DNA from: Ylistrum balloti
Lineage: Eukaryota
Direction: 5' to 3'
DNA: 64,000 bases
Assembly (NCBI RefSeq): GCF_031769215.1
Contig: NW_026782569.1
Location: 186,001 to 250,000 of the forward strand
The translations under genes were made by a program, and so were the position numbers. This document shows, piece by piece, positions 13,399-27,226 of this stretch. The stretch's first letter is position 1; each line of letters starts with the position of its first letter. The notes under the pieces are model-generated. The model made no database searches. It was not told the DNA's origin and was given only the letters and a program-made list of their open reading frames with translations.

Positions 13399-13900
13399 AC
13401 AAGAGGCCTATTGGCCCCGAGTTGCTCGCCTGTTCGGCAGCTGAAAATGAAACTTTGTCAGTTACTTTAAAATTTACCAAAAAGTCTATTTTTCAAACTT
13501 GTTTCTACACAAATACCTCGAGCCACAGCAGATTCATGGAAGAAGTTTCATGTTCTGTAACATGTTTGATCATTGTGACCATGAGAGTGGTACAAGTTTA
13601 TTCATTTGAACAAACTTGTTAGCCCTTCATCTCAAGCATGATATATACTGGCCATATATCATCACCCTGTGCTTATTATTAATTGAGGAGAAATCATTAA
13701 AAGGTTTGAACGCATTTGACCTGTGTCCTTGAAAATGGGTTAGGTTAGCCCTTTATTCAAGCACAGCATTGGCCTCATAACAGTTTCATGTGTCCCTTGA
13801 GGAGCAATTGTTTAATAATTCAACTTTTGTGATTATGAAAGTGGTTCAAGTTCATTCATACAAAATTTATAGCTTTTCATTTCAGAATGCTACTACCCTA
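13399..13900 (+). mobile_element. ACAAGAGG-starting interspersed repeat (Helitron/Helentron-like non-autonomous family)
   Basis: Begins ACAAGAGGCCTATTGGCC and shares TCATTTGAAC(A/T)AACTTG.TAGCCCTT and TCTCAAGCATGAT modules with the copy at 23225. Confidence 0.5.
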
Positions 13901-14896
13901 ATATTATAATGAGTATTCCTTTGTTCATTGTCCGAAATAAGCTATACTATCCATTGTCTACAGTATCTAAATCAGGACCTGTTAATACACGTGCTTAACA
14001 GTGATGAAATAAGCATTGAATTGCACAGAAAATACATTGTTACAATCATTGTCTACCTTTCAACAGCTTAACTATGGATTAATTTTCTCTAGTTCTCAGA
14101 CTGTTGTCTGGCTGACACAAGCAAAAAAGTTGCTGGTGGGATTAATCTTCATGCTTCTGGTCAAAGTTTACATTTCAAAATTTGTTTTGTGATTTAAGAA
14201 CTTAGGATTACATTAAAATTTTAAATGGTTCATTAGTGTAAAGTAAATAACCTTCACAATCGTAGAAAAATAAAGTTTTTTTCATTTATATTCTTGTAAC
14301 TTCAAAGAGCTTTAATGGCAAAATGCTCCTTTAACAACATTTTATACTGTGACCTGTGTGACTTATTTAAACAAACCTTCATCTTACTATTGACAAAGAG
14401 TCATTTGAAGTCTTTTTAAGATATTTCACTCCTGTGACATTGAAAACGCACATTATCCCAGTATGCTTATACAACTTACCCAATATTGCTACACTGGGCC
14501 TTTTGAATATTGAGTACAAGTCATTCAAAAGGAAATGTTGATACCAAAGAGATGGATGGACAATGTTGGATGACACATGCAGCACCACAGAATAAGCTGT
14601 AAGTCATATTCTCTAAAATATGTGTATACAAATAATAATATTAAGAAAATATCAAAAAATCAAAAACCAGCAACATGTATAAAATGTATAAACAACTTTT
14701 CCAGCACCAGTAATAAAAATACGAAGAAAAACCTCGTAGATATTTGTTCACAACCAAATATATAAAGATATTTACAATATATAAAGATATTTACGAGAAC
14801 AACAAATAAACAAAAACAAAACAAACAAATGCCAATTAACAGTAAATGACTAGTAAACAATACTAAATATAAACCCATCTCTTACTGTAATGTCTG

Positions 14897-16236
14897 GCAA
14901 TACACCCTGCTTGCCTGGGGATAAGTCATCACTATATATAGCAATACTCCCTGCATGCCTGGGGATAAGTCATCACTATATATAGCAATACTCCCTGCAT
15001 GCCTGGGGATAAGTCATCACTATATATAGCAATACACCCTGCTTGCCTGGGGATAAGTCATCACCATATATAGCAATACACCCTGCATGCCTGGGGATAA
15101 GTCATCACCATATATAGTCATCACCATATATAGCAATACACCCTGCATGCCTGGGGATAAGTCATCACCATATATAGCAATACACCCTGCATGCCTGGGG
15201 ATAAGTCATCAATATATATAGCAATACTCCCTGCATGCCTGGGGATAAGTCATCACCATATATAGCAATACTCCCTGCATGCCTGGGGATAAGTCATCAC
15301 CATATATAGCAATACTCCCTGCATGCCAGGGGATCACTATAGTCATCACCATATATAGCAATACTCCCTGCATGCCTGGGGATAAGTCATCACTATATAT
15401 AGCAATACTCCCAGCATGCCTGGGGATAAGTCATCACCATATATAGCAATACTCCCTGCATGCCTGGGGATAAGTCATCACTATATATAGCAATACTCCC
15501 TGCATGCCTGGGGATAAGTCATCACCATATATAGCAATACTCCCTGCATGCCTGGGGATAAGTCATCACCATATATAGCAATACTCCCTGCATGCCAGGG
15601 GATAAGTCATCACTATATATAGCAATACTCCCTGCATGCCTGGGGATAAGTCATCACTATATATAGCAATACTCCCTGCATGCCAGGGGATAAGTCATCA
15701 CCATATATAGCAATACTCCATGCATGCCTGGGGATAAGTCATCACCATATATAGCAATACTCCCTGCATGCCTGGGGATAAGTCATCACCATATATAGCA
15801 ATACTCCCTGCATGCCTGGGGATAAGTCATCACCATATATAGCAATACTCCCTGCATGCCTGGGGATAAGTCATCACCATATATAGCAATACTCCCTGCA
15901 TGCCTGGGGATAAGTCATCACTATATATAGCAATACTCCCTGCATGCCTGGGGATAAGTCATCACCATATATAGCAATACTCCCTGCATGCCTGGGGATA
16001 AGTCATCACTATATATAGCAATACTCCCTGCATGCCTGGGGATAAGTCATCACTATATATAGCAATACTCCCTGCATGCCTGGGGATAAGTCATCAATAT
16101 ATATAGCAATACTCCCTGCATGCCTGGGGATAAGTCATCCATATATATAGCAATACTCCCTGCATGCCTGGGGATAAGTCATCGATATATATAGCAATAC
16201 TCCCTGCATGCCTGGGGATAAGTAATCACTATATAC
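14897..16236. repeat. 44-bp minisatellite, about 30 copies
   Basis: Unit GCAATACTCCCTGCATGCCTGGGGATAAGTCATCACCATATATA with period 44 (14941, 14985...). Each unit carries an SphI GCATGC site. Confidence 0.97.
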
Positions 16237-16877
16237 AAAGTGAATTGTTCTCAGTTTTAGACCATTGCTACTGTCAATTTGTTTAACTTCAAAGGGGGCA
16301 TACATTTTTCGGTCATTGCAATTAGGATTAGCTCAGAGGATGAAATTTTGTGCATGTGCATACATTGGTGTCTTTGCATACAGGCATGCATGTATAATAA
16401 AGTGCATCAGATTCAATGCAAACTGTAATAAAACCATATCTATTCTGAATATATGGATCAGGTGTTGTTTCACTGTCTGATCTAACACCAGCACACTACA
16501 TTAATATCAGGAATATTTGAGTGATTCTGTTTGTCTTATATGAAGACATGTTAAGGTGTGCAGAATCATCACAAGTACAGGTTCACAAATCAGCATGATA
16601 AACGGAAACGAAAAGAACAATATTTCATAAAACACTTAACTTCCCTAAAACACAGAAGTGTTCTTTGTATGGCACATTTAGCAATTGCACTTGTTTCTCT
16701 GTCAATGAAGAACTACATGCATGTCTTCTGCTTGTAATATAGGTTGAATGGAATGCACTTGAAGATGGATTTATCACATTTACATGTATTATTTACCTCA
16801 AAAAGGAAAAGTTCCACATGTTCATTATTATGAGGAGTTATGGTCCTTGTTTCCACTACAACCAAGCACTTGAACTT

Positions 16878-19800
16878 TTAATTCTGCTTGTAATATGGGT
16901 AGGAGGGTGTGAAGTTGGTGAATTGATCTTCTTGGTCTGTACTGTTGCTGTTTTGACGCATAATCCGGACTCTATCTGTTGTCATACATTCCTCATAGCT
17001 TGGTGGGGCTGTAAATACAAAACTGATTAAAGAAATCAAGGCAGCTTGGTTTCAAAAGAAAATACCTTGTAGGTCAGTTAGATTTGACTCACTGAAGAAT
17101 TACAGAAAATGTTATGAAAATCTTATCTAAGATCTCTCCGGAATAACACACAGTACACCACCAGGCTTATCTGTTATTGAATGATAAATTGAATAATTAC
17201 AACTTTTTTAATCTTTACGAACATTTTGGTAATTGGTATTAAGCACTTTCCAGTATAATGATGCTTCTGAACTGAAAGTATCTTTACTTAAAATGTCCAG
17301 AGAAAACTATTACAGAATTCCAAACTTCAATTATAGTGTCCAATCTTCTAGTCAACAAATTTTGTAAGGCGATGAATTTGTCTTAAGTTGAGAAACTTTG
17401 GTCAACAAGCTTGTGAATTGTTGCAGGTCTACATGGAATATAAAGTCAGTCCCAGCTGCAATAATCTATATTTTTTCAGAATAAAAGGCAATGCTTGTAT
17501 ACTGTATATCACCTGCAGGTTGATGAACTATCTGTGATGTGATTGGTTCAGCAATTGTGATGTTATCCAATGAGATGTTGCCAGCTTGTTCATTGGTTAG
17601 TGCCCAGTCACGATCTGTCGGATGTTGGCGTAGCAAGACAGGCGGTTGAGGTTGATGTTCCAGGGGACATAATGGAATGGTGCCGATTATGATTGGCAAA
17701 TCAAATACAATATTTAGCAAAGACCCATCCATATCTGCAACAAGCTGTGACCAGCAGGAAGACTGGGTAAAATGTGGGTGACATGTTATACTGATCACGG
17801 AAATACACATCGTACCTACATGTACATATATGTAGTTTAATGTGAATTCAACTAATATCAATCAACATTACCAGTATAACAATGCATTGAAATATTACAA
17901 GAAAATATATTCATCCAGCAAACCCATTAGACCCATTTTAAGCACTTAGTCCACCTGTCCACTTCGAGTTCGAGTTTGTTTGTGGGTTGGTGTGTGTGAT
18001 GGTGTGTTTATATGGGTGTGTGTGGTGGTGTGTTTATGTGGGTGTGTGTAGTGGTGTGTTTATGTGGGTGTGTGTAGTGGTGTGTTTACGTGGGTGTGTG
18101 TAGTGGTGTGTTTATGTGGGTGTGTGTAGTGGTGTGTTTATGTGGGTGTGTGTAGTGGTGTGTTTACGTGGGTGTGTGTAGTGGTGTGTTTATGTGGGCA
18201 TGTGTAGTGGTATGTTTACATGGGTGTGTGTAGTGGTGAGTTTATGTGGGCATGTGTAGTGGTGTGTTTACGTGGGCGTGTGTAGTAATGCGTTTACGTG
18301 GGTGTGTGTAGTGGTGTGTTTACGCGGGCCTGTGTGGTGGTGTGTTTACGTGGGCGTGTGTAGTGGTGTGTTTACGTGGGCATGTGTAGTGGTATGTTTA
18401 CATGGGTGTGTGTAGTGGTGAGTTTATGTGGGCATGTGTAGTGGTGTGTTTACGTGGGCGTGTGTAGTAATGCGTTTACGTGGGTGTGTGTAGTGGTGTG
18501 TTTACGCGGGCCTGTGTGGTGGTGTGTTTACGTGGGCGTGTGTAGTGGTGTGTTTACGTGGGCATGTGTAGTGGTGTGTTTACATGGGCCTGTGTGGTGG
18601 TGTGTTTACATGGGTGTGTGTAGTGGTGTGTTTACATGGGTGTGTGTAGTGGTGTGTTTATGTGGGCATGTCTAGTGGTGTATTTACATGGGTCTGTGTA
18701 GTGGTGTGTTTACGTGGGCCTGTGTAGTGGTGTGTTTACATGGGTCTGTGTAGTGGTGTGTTTACGTGGGCCTGTGTAGTGGTGTGTTTACGTGGGTGTT
18801 TGTGGTGGTGTGTAGTGGTGTTTTTACGTGGGTCTGTGTAATGGTGTGTTTACATAGGTGTGTGTAGTGGTATGTTTACGTGGGCGTGTGCAGTGGTATG
18901 TGTGTTTACGTGGGTGTGTGTACAGGGCTATGATTTGATGCATGATGAATACAGAGTAGACTTGATGTTGTAAAACAATGATTGGTTGAATTCTGTATGT
19001 TGTTGGCACTCTTACCTCAAAAATCTATACACAGATTTATTAAGCATACAAATTATTTGAAATGCAAATTAACATCAAAATCTCAATTGTTCACATTACT
19101 TGACAAAAGTATGAGGTTACAAAATGCCTAAATGTTTTGTGTTGCTAATGCATGAATAATTTGTTCTAGAACAATGACACAAATGGCATACAACATAATC
19201 TGAAAGTTCTTGTAACACAGACACTACCAGTCATAAATGATACAGAATATGTAATGTTCAATGTACACAGGTAATACCTGTCATAACTGATAGAGTATAT
19301 AATATTCAATGTACACAGGTACTACCTGTCATAACTGATACAGTATATAATGTTCAATGTACACAGGTACTACCTGTCATAACTGATACAGTATATAATG
19401 TTCAATGTACACAGGCACTACCTGTCATAACTGATAGAGTATATAATGTTCAATGTACACAGGTACTACCTGTCATAACTGATAGAGTATATAATATTCA
19501 ATGTACACAGGTACTACCTGTCACAACTGATAGAGTGTATATCATGTTCAATGTACACAGGCACTACCTGTCATAACTGATACAGTATATAATGTTCAAT
19601 GTACACAGGTACTACCTGTCATAACTGATACAGTATATAATATTCAATGTACACAGGTACTACCTGTCACAACTGATAGAGTGTATATCATGTTCAATGT
19701 ACACAGGCACTACCTGTCATAACAGATACAGTATATAATGTTCAATGTACACAGGTACTACCTGTCATAACTGATACAGTATATAATGTTCAATGTACAC

Positions 19801-22800
19801 AGGTACTACCTGTCATAACTGATAGAGTGTATATAATGTTCAATGTACACAGGTACTACCTGTCATAACTGATAGAGTATATAATATTCAATGTACACAG
19901 GTACTACCTGTCATAACTGATACAGTATATAATGTTCAATGTACACAGGTACTACCTGTCATAACTGATACAGTATATAATGTTCAATGTACACAGGTAC
20001 TACCTGTCACAACTGATAGAGTGTATATAATGTTCAATGTACACAGGTACTACCTGTCATAACTGATGCAGTGTATATCATGTTCAATGAACACAGGTAC
20101 TACCTGTCATAACAGATACAGTATATAATGTTCAATGTACACAGGTAATACCTGTCATAACTGATGCAGTGTATATCATGTTCAATGTACACAGGTACTA
20201 CCTGTCATAACAGATACATTATATAATGTTCAATGTACACAGGTACTACCTGTGATAACTGATAGAGTGTATATAATGTTCAATGTACACTACCTGTCAT
20301 AACAGATACAGTATATAATGTTCAATGTACACAGGTAATACCTGTCATAACTGATGCAGTGTATATCATGTTCAATGTACACAGGTACTACCTGTCATAA
20401 CTGATGCAGTGTATATCATGTTCAATGTACACAGGTACTACCTGTCATAACTGATAGGTGTATATATTGTTCAATGTACACAGGCACTACCTGTCATAAC
20501 TGATACAGTATATAATGTTCAATGTACACAGGTACTACCTGTCACAACTGATACAGTATATTATGTTCAATGTACACAGGTACTACCTGTCACAACTGAT
20601 ACAGTATATTATGTTCAATGTACACAGGTACTACCTGTCACAACTGATACAGTATATTATGTTCAATGTACACAGGTACTACCTGTCACAACTGATACAG
20701 TATATTATGTTCAATGTACACAGGTACTACCTGTCACAACTGATACAGTATATTATGTTCAATGTACACAGGTACTACCTGTCATAACTGATAGGTGTAT
20801 ATATTGTTCAATGTACACAGGTACTACCTGTCATAACTGATGCAGTGTATATCATGTTCAATGTACACAGGTACTACCTGTCATAACTGATAGGTGTATA
20901 TATTATTCAATGTACACATTAGTGAACTATGACTGAAATAATAAGGAGATGCACATTAAGGAATATTGAATTTACTTAAGCAATAAAACTAGGTCACAGT
21001 GACTTTAGTTCATATGTAACATATACCTAATTTTGACCTCAGAGCAACACATCTTTCTGATATGTAAATGATATCTTTTTTAAACCTGTTATTGAACTAT
21101 CAACTAATATGAAAGAAAATTATGAATATTGAGAAAGAGATATTTACAGAAGCAACAAAAATAAGTCCCTCACATACAATGTAATATTGACCTTATAACA
21201 ACACAGTTTGCTAAATTTGGTTATGATCTACATGTGTGCTATTGCAACTGAAAGGCAAATATAACCAAAAATTATTTTAGTTATTAAAGTATAAAAAATG
21301 GCTGCAGTGATCTTATTTCGTGTGTATTGTATTTGGAATCTGTTGACAACACAACCTTAAACTTTAGATATTGTATCTTTGTTGCTTTAACTAATACAAA
21401 CAAAAATGTCACACCAGGAGACAGCATTTCACTTCAATCAGTCACTTCAATCTGGCCTGAAATCCCTTACCTCACATGAGTATTGAATATCAATGAGTGA
21501 ACATCCGTATAAATAAGATGGTGGTGTGGAAAGAACAGGAAGCACATCACCATTCCAAATGTCAGATTCTCCTGGACCAATGGTCCCATGGGAAACTGTT
21601 GATATAACTTTTCTATCGTGTGTAGAACTACCGTAGGCCTTGAATGTTGTATTCTGAAACAGACCATAGTGGACATGTATATTGAGTAATTCCAAAATTC
21701 ATACTGATTGCTAATAATTACTTAATCAATTTTTTATAGAACTTTATGACAAAGGTCATATTGATTGCTGAAATTACTTAATCAATTTTCAAAGTATTTT
21801 ATGACAAAGGTAGTTCTCCTCTCTCTTTAAAGAAATGATAACAAGAGGCTCAGTGGCCTTAATGGTCACCAGAGTTACAACATTGTTGTTCTTCTTTTAA
21901 CATGTCATAGAAATAATCATGTTAACTTGAATGACATTGTACATGTAATGTAAATGTAAATTGTGCATAATATGAACTGCCATCCTATGCTATGCATGTC
22001 AGTACAGTCGTAAGTGTCATTTCCCTATGACTCTTCCATCCATCAACAGTATTTAATAGATTCTATCATATCTGGGTATTGAAAAGATCTTTTGAAAGTT
22101 GATTAAATTTGACCCCTTTTGGCCCCTCCGATCAGCCCATGGGGTCAGCAAGGGTCAATATACGCCTATCATAAACTGTCTTTCTATAATATCAATTCTA
22201 AATATGTTTTATTTATTTCTATGTAATTTTCCTATATGAACTATAGTAAACTTTACACTCTCCCTATGGGGAAATGTGAGACCCTAAGGTCATGAAATTT
22301 ATCATTTTGGTAAAGTACCATTAGGCAACTCCATCCATGAAGAGTACTTTGATACTTGGTTATTGAGAAGAAGATTTCTTCAACGCTTCCATCAATTTGA
22401 CCCTTTTTGGCCTCATCACTCCGACCTCTGGGAGGTGGAACCATGTAATCAAAAAAAAATTTGCACCTTTGGCAATGGAAGGTTTCCATAAAATTCCAAT
22501 AAAATCGGTTCTGGGATTTTCCAGAAAAAGTCAAAAATTTTTAATGTTAAAGATGTATGACACTGGACAAAAGGCGAGCGCAATAGGTTACCATGAGACT
22601 TTGTCCATATGCAAAATAGGTTCTAACTGATAATTTACCATGAGCAGCTGAACTGTCGTTTTTCGTATTAATGAAGAACCATTATTAGTTATCTCAGCGC
22701 TGATGTTGATATTCTCTCCACAAACATAGCCCTGTTTGTCCAAACACATCATACAGGAGACAGGACCTGTTTTACAGCACAAACAACATCCAGTTTTAGT

Positions 22801-25596
22801 GTCCTGCATCTGGGTCGGCATCTAGTAAAAATAATTTAAAGTGTCGATTATGATGTCATAATATGGACAAGGATTTTACATTATAAATAGTGCAACAATA
22901 TGGCTGCCTCCATTTAGTGTCGTCTTCATTATTTTCACTTTAAAACTCGTCAAAATGTATCTTTAATTTTTTCTTATTTCATATGTTCTTTTATGAAACA
23001 TGTCTCAAAGTTTTAATTTTTGCTAACCCAATAAAAACTTCAAAGATTTGTTTCACATAATCTCTTATGAAATGAAGTCTCATTTAATATTCTATACTTA
23101 TTCCGTAACAAGAATAAGTCCTATAATTTAGAATCAGTTTCCTATGATATCTAGGCAAACATGGTTGAAATTAATTGAAAATTTCTCAGTGAAACTTTCT
23201 AAACTAGATACTGTTAGTTAAAGTACAAGAGACCTAATGGGCCTAAATCCCTTTCCTGTTTCTGCAGTTTTCAAAGAAGACTTCCGTGTTTCTTTAAGCA
23301 AGGTTTCTGCAGTTTCTACAAACATGTTAGTCCCTTTCTCAAGCATGATACTATACAAACATGACAAAGAACCTAACTGGATATCAAAAAAAAATAAATT
23401 CTGAACTCTGTGACCTTGAACTTTGTAGACCTTCTTCCATGCATGCTAAAGATCCAATATAAGTATCCTTAGCCTTTAAGTCACTGAGAAATGTTGCTCT
23501 AAGTTTTTAACAAATTATACCCTTGTGACTTTGGAAAAGGGCTAAAGTCATTCATTGACATAACTTAGCAGTCCTTAATTGAAGCATGCTACAATATTAG
23601 AACCCTGATTCTCTTGGATATTGAGAAGATGAACAACTTTGACCCTTATGACAACAATGATAGTTCAAGGTCATTCATTTGAACTAACTTGGTAGCCCTT
23701 TTTAATAGGCTTATCATCAGCACCCTGGGTGTTGTGCTTCTTAAGATGGTGTTTGGAAATTTTAATACATGTTATCCCTTTGACCATGAAAGTGGATCTA
23801 GGTCCTACCTTCAAACAAATTCTACAAGCCGAATATCAGTACTCTGCACCATGAAGATATTAACATGGGGAAAAAATTATGTCAGATATTACATTATAGC
23901 ATAATAACTTGAAACAGATGAGTTTTTAAAACCATAGTCATGTCCCTTCTCAACCCCATACCTCATCCAGTTCCTCACCACGTGCACCTTCCTTCTATAT
24001 TTGGTTCTGTAATTATCATCTAACCTATGTAATTCAAACATGGTGATTCCTAATAATAATTTTTTTTCAATGTATAAGGTTTCACACTGACCCTTGCCCC
24101 TGATATTGCATTGAGGTCAAGCTTGTAGATGACCGTGAATGGATACTGGACTCTGTACACATTTCCACCCCTTGTCTTCATCTTGGCTTTGATCATGTAA
24201 CGGACAGAGCCATGGCGACCCTCAAAGGAAGAGGGTAGAAGTGAAGGTAATACATAATCAACAGGGTATTTATAATCACCAGGCTGTGTGTCCACATAGT
24301 CACCATCCACAGCTGAAACAGAAGAAACTGGACCGCTGACATACCAAGCCTTAGAGGTGGATATTGTAGTCTCACATATCTTTTATAAGAGTTTCAAATT
24401 AGGAAAACCTGTAACAATTTTTTATTTTTGTATCAGCTGGTTATTCCAAAGTAAATTCATTACAAAATAAAGGTTAATTAATCCTACCTTGGCAATGACA
24501 ACTGTCACTCTCAAATGTTAACTGAGATCATAAGGGAGATAACTCATACAAAATCAAGACATATGTCTAACAATAAGCCCTTATACCTGATAATATATAT
24601 ATATAAAAGATATCTATACACATATATATTTATCTTTCAACAGACACTCAATTTCACTGAACTATAGCACTTCCACTGAGTTTGAGTCGGATATTTTCCG
24701 GCTGTTTGGGTTTAGTTGGGGGGTAGACATGGCACTGTAAGATATATCAAACCTTGTACTAGTGGTATCTCTGTTTTGAAGTATTGTTCAGTTTCTCTGT
24801 GACTTTTTCTGGTGTCCCCAGTCCCTTCGGTCCAACTTGTGCAAGCTATTCCTTTAAATTTTGCATATATGCCTGCAAGGTATTATAGACTGTGCTATTT
24901 ATAATTAAATACAACTGTCCATTTACAGGCATGATGTATATTAGAATATGGAAAACAAATCTTAATAATAGCTGACTGAAAATAAGCATTTGAAGTCCCA
25001 CATATAGACATTTTCTCTTTTAATAGTGGATTCAAAGATTTGTATGACCCCTACATCATATAAATACAAGTATACAACATATACTAGGTATAGACATCAG
25101 GTTGGTAGAAAAACAAAAACAAAAAACCAAACAAAAAATGTTAAAAATTTGCCCTTATAAAAGATCCATATTTTGTACTTGCAGATTGACAAGTGAAAGG
25201 TTTTATTTTTGGAAGTGAATAAAAAATCTTATTTAGATAACAGTACAACCATAAGTAGTCTGAAAGGCTCTGACTAATAATTCATCTGCATTATTTTTAA
25301 AATGTTGTCTTGGTCAACTGCAGCAAAGACAAAATAAAATTGAAGATAGATAGTCAGAATCATACAGCACCTTTTTCATCTAATGTCATGAGATATACCA
25401 CGAGAAAATATGATAACTCAAATGCAGAACCCTTGGATCTTAATGTCACATGAAGTATAACAGAAAAGAATGCAATCTCACCTTTCACATGAGTTCCTTC
25501 TGTTAGGAATAACTGAACACATGCCTGCACAGTTTGTCCGGGAAAATATACCACTCTCTCATTATTCTCTATCTTGATTAATAGATTTACCACCAT
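16878..25596 (-). CDS. Arrestin domain-containing protein (alpha-arrestin, ARRDC2/3/4-like), 7 coding exons, 394 aa
   Basis: Exons (minus) 25596-25482, 24872-24753, 24312-24092, 22821-22639, 21653-21471, 17744-17513, 17008-16878. All introns are GT-AG and phase-consistent (1185 nt). Motifs: VYFPGQTVQ, LPSSFEGRHGSVRY, KTGCCLCCKTGP, GYVCGENI, WNGDVL, LPIIIGTIP and a C-terminal PPSY (PPxY). Exons 2 and 7 are absent from the ORF track. Confidence 0.93.
17985..18920. repeat. 26-bp GT-rich minisatellite, about 35 copies (arrestin intron 5)
   Basis: Unit TAGTGGTGTGTTTACGTGGGTGTGTG with period 26 (18075, 18101). Confidence 0.95.
19212..20918. repeat. 48-bp minisatellite, about 35 copies, with internal hairpin (arrestin intron 5)
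   Basis: Unit GTACACAGGTACTACCTGTCATAACTGATACAGTATATAATGTTCAAT with period 48 (19263, 19311). Contains the inverted repeat ACAGGTA-C-TACCTGT. It explains the 16-aa-repeat ORF 20515-20787. Confidence 0.97.
21840..22600 (+). mobile_element. AACAAGAGG-starting non-autonomous repeat in arrestin intron 4
   Basis: Starts AACAAGAGGCTCAGTGGCC, has a duplicated TTTGACCC(C/T)TTTTGGCC module at ~22109 and ~22397, and ends in a GGACAAAAGGCGAGCGCAATAGGTTACC-like segment. Confidence 0.5.
23225..23900 (+). mobile_element. ACAAGAG-starting non-autonomous repeat in arrestin intron 3
   Basis: Starts ACAAGAGACCTAATGGGCC; internal modules are shared with the copy at 13399. Confidence 0.5.
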
Positions 25597-26964
25597 GGTG
25601 TCAAGGTGTATCCACTAGTCTTAGAGGCTAATATCTAGATAGATAAAAAAACAAGACTGCACCAATATTAACATATACATGTACTTAAACTCCAAAAATC
25701 AACAAATAAATCTGAATGTTACATTTTTCAACAACAATCAAGACAAGTTATACATTTTTATAAAATATTGTGACACATTTTACTGGCTTACACCAGATTT
25801 TAACTTACCAACATATACAATTATGTAATTATATGATTATGTTTGGGGCATGTAACAATGTTTTTGTCTATATCTTGAGGCCCTTACAGATGTATATACA
25901 GCATTGTATAATCACTATCACAGTCCCTGCGCTTAATACTCAGCTGGTATGGGTCAATTCATACATGTTTATGAACCATACTATTTATTTAAAGACATGT
26001 GCTTAATCTATTAAACATGAACTAAGCATAATTAGTCAAAGTGAGCTAATTCAATATAAATTCGTAAACGACGATTCCCCCGCCCCCGAAGATTTTTTTA
26101 CATTTGAAAAAATAGTAAAAAAATGAGGTTAGTACTGCCACTTTAGAAATTATTTGAATAATTGTTATTTCCGTTGAATTAACGCATTGACTCATTAGGA
26201 GACGTGTATCAAAACGAAAACAAACTTATTACAACAGTCAGACTATTGGTAGATTGAGTTACCAGATATAAGTTACTTCAACTTCTATACACGCTAATGA
26301 CATCATACCAGGTACGAGCTTTAATTATCATGAGACACATTTCAGATAGGTGAATCTGTTCAAACCGGAAGTAAACAAGTTGTTATTCGAACGCGTCGAA
26401 TGCATAATGTACAGATAAGCATGTTTCGTTTGTTTGTAAAAGGAAATGTCGTGTTTTGTTCTTGTTTTTTCATCTGAAAAGACACCGAAAAGATTTTATA
26501 GGCATACGCTATTGAAATCTATTACTCGTGAACTAGGAACTTTCCGTCATATCAGAATTTGTTTCGAACGAACGCACCTGTCATGTCACGGAATGGAAGC
26601 ACAGTGCACAAAAAGCTTGATATGCGGCATTATAACCATAACCTGATACAACAGTCAACCTTATATATGGGTGATAGTATTGCACTGAGTGATCTTTGAT
26701 GCTTTGAGTAATAAATGTGTAACACAAATGGGAAATACTTTTAAAATCACGTAGAAACACAAATTCTTTTTTAACATTTGCACCAAAAAGGCTCTCAAAT
26801 TATTGACACTGAAAAACTTAAGCTTGAAGGGGTTAATTAAAATTACGTGACGGACTGAGAAACAGTCTCCATTCTTGAATGACATGCGTTGCGATGTGAT
26901 CGATGATTATATCGTTTTATAACCCGGCTCAACCTTTGAGAACGTGTCATTTTTTACACATGTA

Positions 26965-27226
26965 CACGTGACTTCGGATTGAATTATAGAATCACGTGAC
27001 AGATGTCGCCAATGAAGCAGAAGACGCTTAACCTTCCTGAAAATTCTACTTGATCTTTGTTGTTGTCTCAAGTGCCGCTACGTAAATATTTTCCGTTGTC
27101 ATAGTTTATCCTCATGTTATCGATTCTGAGTTTGAATATCAATCTTTATTCGCGTGCTAATGTTTTGGGGATGTTCTTGTGGTTGCAGGTTCAGAACATC
27201 AACTTACAAGGTCTGATTCACGTGAC
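26965..27226. promoter_or_regulatory. Cluster of three CACGTGAC E-boxes upstream of the arrestin gene
   Basis: CACGTG at 26965, 26993 and 27219, each followed by AC. An ETS site CCGGAAGT (~26365) and an AP-1 site TGACTCA (~26188) lie closer to the gene. Confidence 0.4.

Noticed and set aside
14897-16236. Tandem C/D-box snoRNA cluster (GTGATGA in each unit on the minus strand)
   Set aside because: No CTGA D box, and the units are contiguous 44-mers, too short for snoRNAs.
20515-20787. ORF with a perfect 16-aa repeat; CRISPR-like regularity of the 48-bp and 44-bp arrays
   Set aside because: These are head-to-tail tandem units with no unique spacers and no cas genes, in a eukaryotic intron or UTR.
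24313-24408. Apparent premature stop (TAA) in arrestin if the acceptor at 24409 is used
   Set aside because: A better polypyrimidine acceptor at 24313 plus the true exon 2 (24872-24753) give an intact frame, so this is not a pseudogene.
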